A stretch of 63,769 nucleotides of DNA, counting the filler, from an uncultured bacterium (GTDB lineage Bacteria; Auribacterota; CAZIXI01), in NCBI GenBank assembly GCA_964543115.1. It is 4 parts of 4 records of this genome, joined end to end, with 100 filler letters (N's around TTAATTAATTAA, not from the genome) between each part and the next. Parts side by side here need not be neighbours in the genome. Positions count along the whole stretch, not along the records: positions 48,693 to 63,769 come from CAZIXI010000057.1; 3 more parts are not named here. One strand, given 5' to 3'. Below are positions 61,907-63,769 of the stretch, in pieces (position 1 is the stretch's first letter; each line of letters starts with the position of its first letter). The notes beneath the pieces are model-generated. The model saw only the letters and a program-made list of their open reading frames with translations. It was not told where the DNA came from and made no database searches. A program made the position numbers and the translations under genes.

Positions 61907-63769
61907 ATGAAGAGAATCTTTTTGTTGTCTTTTTCTGTTTTTTGTTTAGTTATTGCTACCAGCCTGGCTTCTGCCGCCACGCTTAATGTTCCTGGAGATT
62001 ATGCTACAATCCAGGCAGCGATTGACGTAGCCAGTGCCGGGGATACGATAGCAGTAGCCGCCGGTACCTATGTCGAGAATCTTGATATAGCAGCTAGGTC
62101 AAATCTAACGATTCAAGGTGCCAGCGCCGAGACAACAATAATAAGCGGGGGGAATATTGCTCCTACCGTTACTATGCGCGATACCAGTGCCGGAATAGTT
62201 TTTTCTGCTGTCAAGATTACTAACGGGGAAAATTCTGTTGACTCTGGCGGCGGTGTAGCTGTTAGTGAAGCTTCAACATTTACTTTATCTAATTGTATCG
62301 TTTCAGATAATACAGCCGTAGACCATGGCGGCGGGTTGTATCTGGCTGATGGTTCCAGCGGTACGCTTACTGGGTGCGTAATAAAAGATAATAGTGCTTC
62401 TACCTTAAATGGCGGTGGGATAGAGGTTAATGACAGCGGATCCTCGCTTACTATGACAGATTGTATTGTTGTTGGTAATACTGCCTATGGTTGGGGTGGG
62501 GGAATAAATATCAGTGGAGGGGCGATAGGAACTATTACTAACAGTACCATTGCTAATAATACGGCAACTACTTCATCGGGAGGAGGGCTATGTGCAGCTT
62601 TGAGTACACTTACCGTTAACGGTTGCACTTTAGTAAATAATACGGCTGCTACTGGCGGCGGTGCTATCAGATCTGCAGATTGTGATCTTATGGTCAGAAG
62701 GTGTATTTTTGCTGATAATTCTGCCTCTCAAGCGGCGGGGATTGATTACGCGTCTCTTACCAATACGCAGACGTGCATTATAGAAAATAGTCTTTTTAAG
62801 AATAATACTGCTACTGAACTTCTTGCCCCATCAGCGCTAAGTATTTCTGGGGGAGCGAGTAAAAATGTTACCAATTGTACCTTTGTTGATAATGTTGACA
62901 GTCAAGGCGAAACGGTGCTGGTGACTTCTGCCGCAACATTCACCAATTGTATTTTTACCGGGGCCACTACCTTTGCTATCTTAGATGTTCCGAGTTCAAT
63001 ATCCACGATGTTAAATAATAATTTCTACAATAATGGCACGGGAGCATATGGGATCACTCCCGGCGGGGTTCCTCCTACCACTTACACAGTAGCTCAAATA
63101 AACACTCTTCCTGGTTCTTCCGGTAATATTGACAGTAAGCCGGAATTTCTTGGTGGTGGCAATTATCACCTGCAGAGTATCTCCGGGTGTATTAATGCCG
63201 GTCTTGCTACTGGAGCGCCCGCAGTTGATTTGGATAACGCTCCCCGGCCGCAAGGATCGGGTTATGATATTGGCTGCTACGAATTCCCCTTTACCTGGTA
63301 CCTGGCCGAAGGCACTACTACCGGTACCTTTGATGAATATGTATTGATTCAGAATCCCAATGCCGCTACCGCTGATGTGACGGTAACCTTTATGCGGCCG
63401 GCGGGCAGTGACGGGACTGTTCCTGATCCGATAACCCAGACCCTGAATATCGGGCCGTCCAGCCGGCAGACAATCCATGTTAATAATGTGGATGGCCTGA
63501 GCAGTAGTGATGTTTCTACTAAAGTTCAATCCACTAATGATGTGGGTATTTATACGGAACGGGCGATGTACTGGACGGCAGGTGATGTGCCTTGGTATGG
63601 CGGCCATAACAGTATTGCCGTACCCGCGCCAGCCACCACCTGGTATCTGGCGGAAGGAACCACTAATGGTACCTTTGACACCTATGTTTTGATCCAAAAC
63701 CCCCATAGTACTACCGCTAATGTTACCGCTACCTACATGCTGCCCGCCGATAGTGACGGCAATGCCCAG
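61907..63769 (+). CDS. Secreted right-handed parallel beta-helix protein with C-terminal WYLAEG (DUF5719-like) repeats; runs off the window (not in ORF track)
   Basis: GGAGGT RBS; MKRIFLLSFSVFCLVIATSLASA; VPGDYATIQAAID..AGTYVEN; GGG/NT repeats; RPQGSGYDIGCYE; WYLAEGTT x2; frame stays open to 63769. Confidence 0.85.
   Translation, partial: MKRIFLLSFSVFCLVIATSLASAATLNVPGDYATIQAAIDVASAGDTIAVAAGTYVENLDIAARSNLTIQGASAETTIISGGNIAPTVTMRDTSAGIVFSAVKITNGENSVDSGGGVAVSEASTFTLSNCIVSDNTAVDHGGGLYLADGSSGTLTGCVIKDNSASTLNGGGIEVNDSGSSLTMTDCIVVGNTAYGWGGGINISGGAIGTITNSTIANNTATTSSGGGLCAALSTLTVNGCTLVNNTAATGGGAIRSADCDLMVRRCIFADNSASQAAGIDYASLTNTQTCIIENSLFKNNTATELLAPSALSISGGASKNVTNCTFVDNVDSQGETVLVTSAATFTNCIFTGATTFAILDVPSSISTMLNNNFYNNGTGAYGITPGGVPPTTYTVAQINTLPGSSGNIDSKPEFLGGGNYHLQSISGCINAGLATGAPAVDLDNAPRPQGSGYDIGCYEFPFTWYLAEGTTTGTFDEYVLIQNPNAATADVTVTFMRPAGSDGTVPDPITQTLNIGPSSRQTIHVNNVDGLSSSDVSTKVQSTNDVGIYTERAMYWTAGDVPWYGGHNSIAVPAPATTWYLAEGTTNGTFDTYVLIQNPHSTTANVTATYMLPADSDGNAQ

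Noticed and set aside
63011..63706. 231-aa minus-strand ORF
   Set aside because: Antisense shadow of the open plus-strand beta-helix/FAEG gene starting at 61907.

Overview
This is not one locus. It is four assembly contigs joined by artificial 44N-TTAATTAATTAA-44N spacers: A 1-16887, B 16988-32849, C 32950-48592 and D 48693-63769. There are two small internal N gaps. The gene style suggests Omnitrophota or a related PVC-associated candidate phylum (inference, not computed). Contig A carries a 1923-aa TPR giant, a secreted beta-propeller/FAEG-repeat protein, and a >2777-aa giant behind a consensus sigma-54 promoter. That giant has a signal peptide, a PEP-synthase-like module, a degenerate second copy, an HExxH motif, a ParB-like domain and NHL repeats. 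Contig B carries the 3' end of 23S rRNA, 5S rRNA, rplM-rpsI, then a sugar ABC transporter operon with three clan GH-A paralogues (one a PilZ-TM-coiled-coil-GH fusion with NE->ND), accessory proteins and a GH42 beta-galactosidase. Contig C is a tandem run of giant minus-strand genes carrying CBM48, glycogen synthase (interrupted by one in-frame TAG), HD-like, MidA-like methyltransferase and eukaryote-type UDP-glucose pyrophosphorylase domains. Contig D is mostly housekeeping (acyl-CoA ligase, PilZ, PilT, yggS, proC, yggU, ileS, dksA-like, lspA, lgt, rluD, FAH, PMI, DUF763) plus a secreted beta-helix/FAEG protein. The best candidates for an undescribed system are (1) a family of giant proteins sharing a distinctive N-terminal export-like signature while carrying cytoplasmic carbon-storage enzyme domains, and (2) the PilZ-linked glucanase operon. 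All domain calls come from motif recognition by eye; no searches were run.
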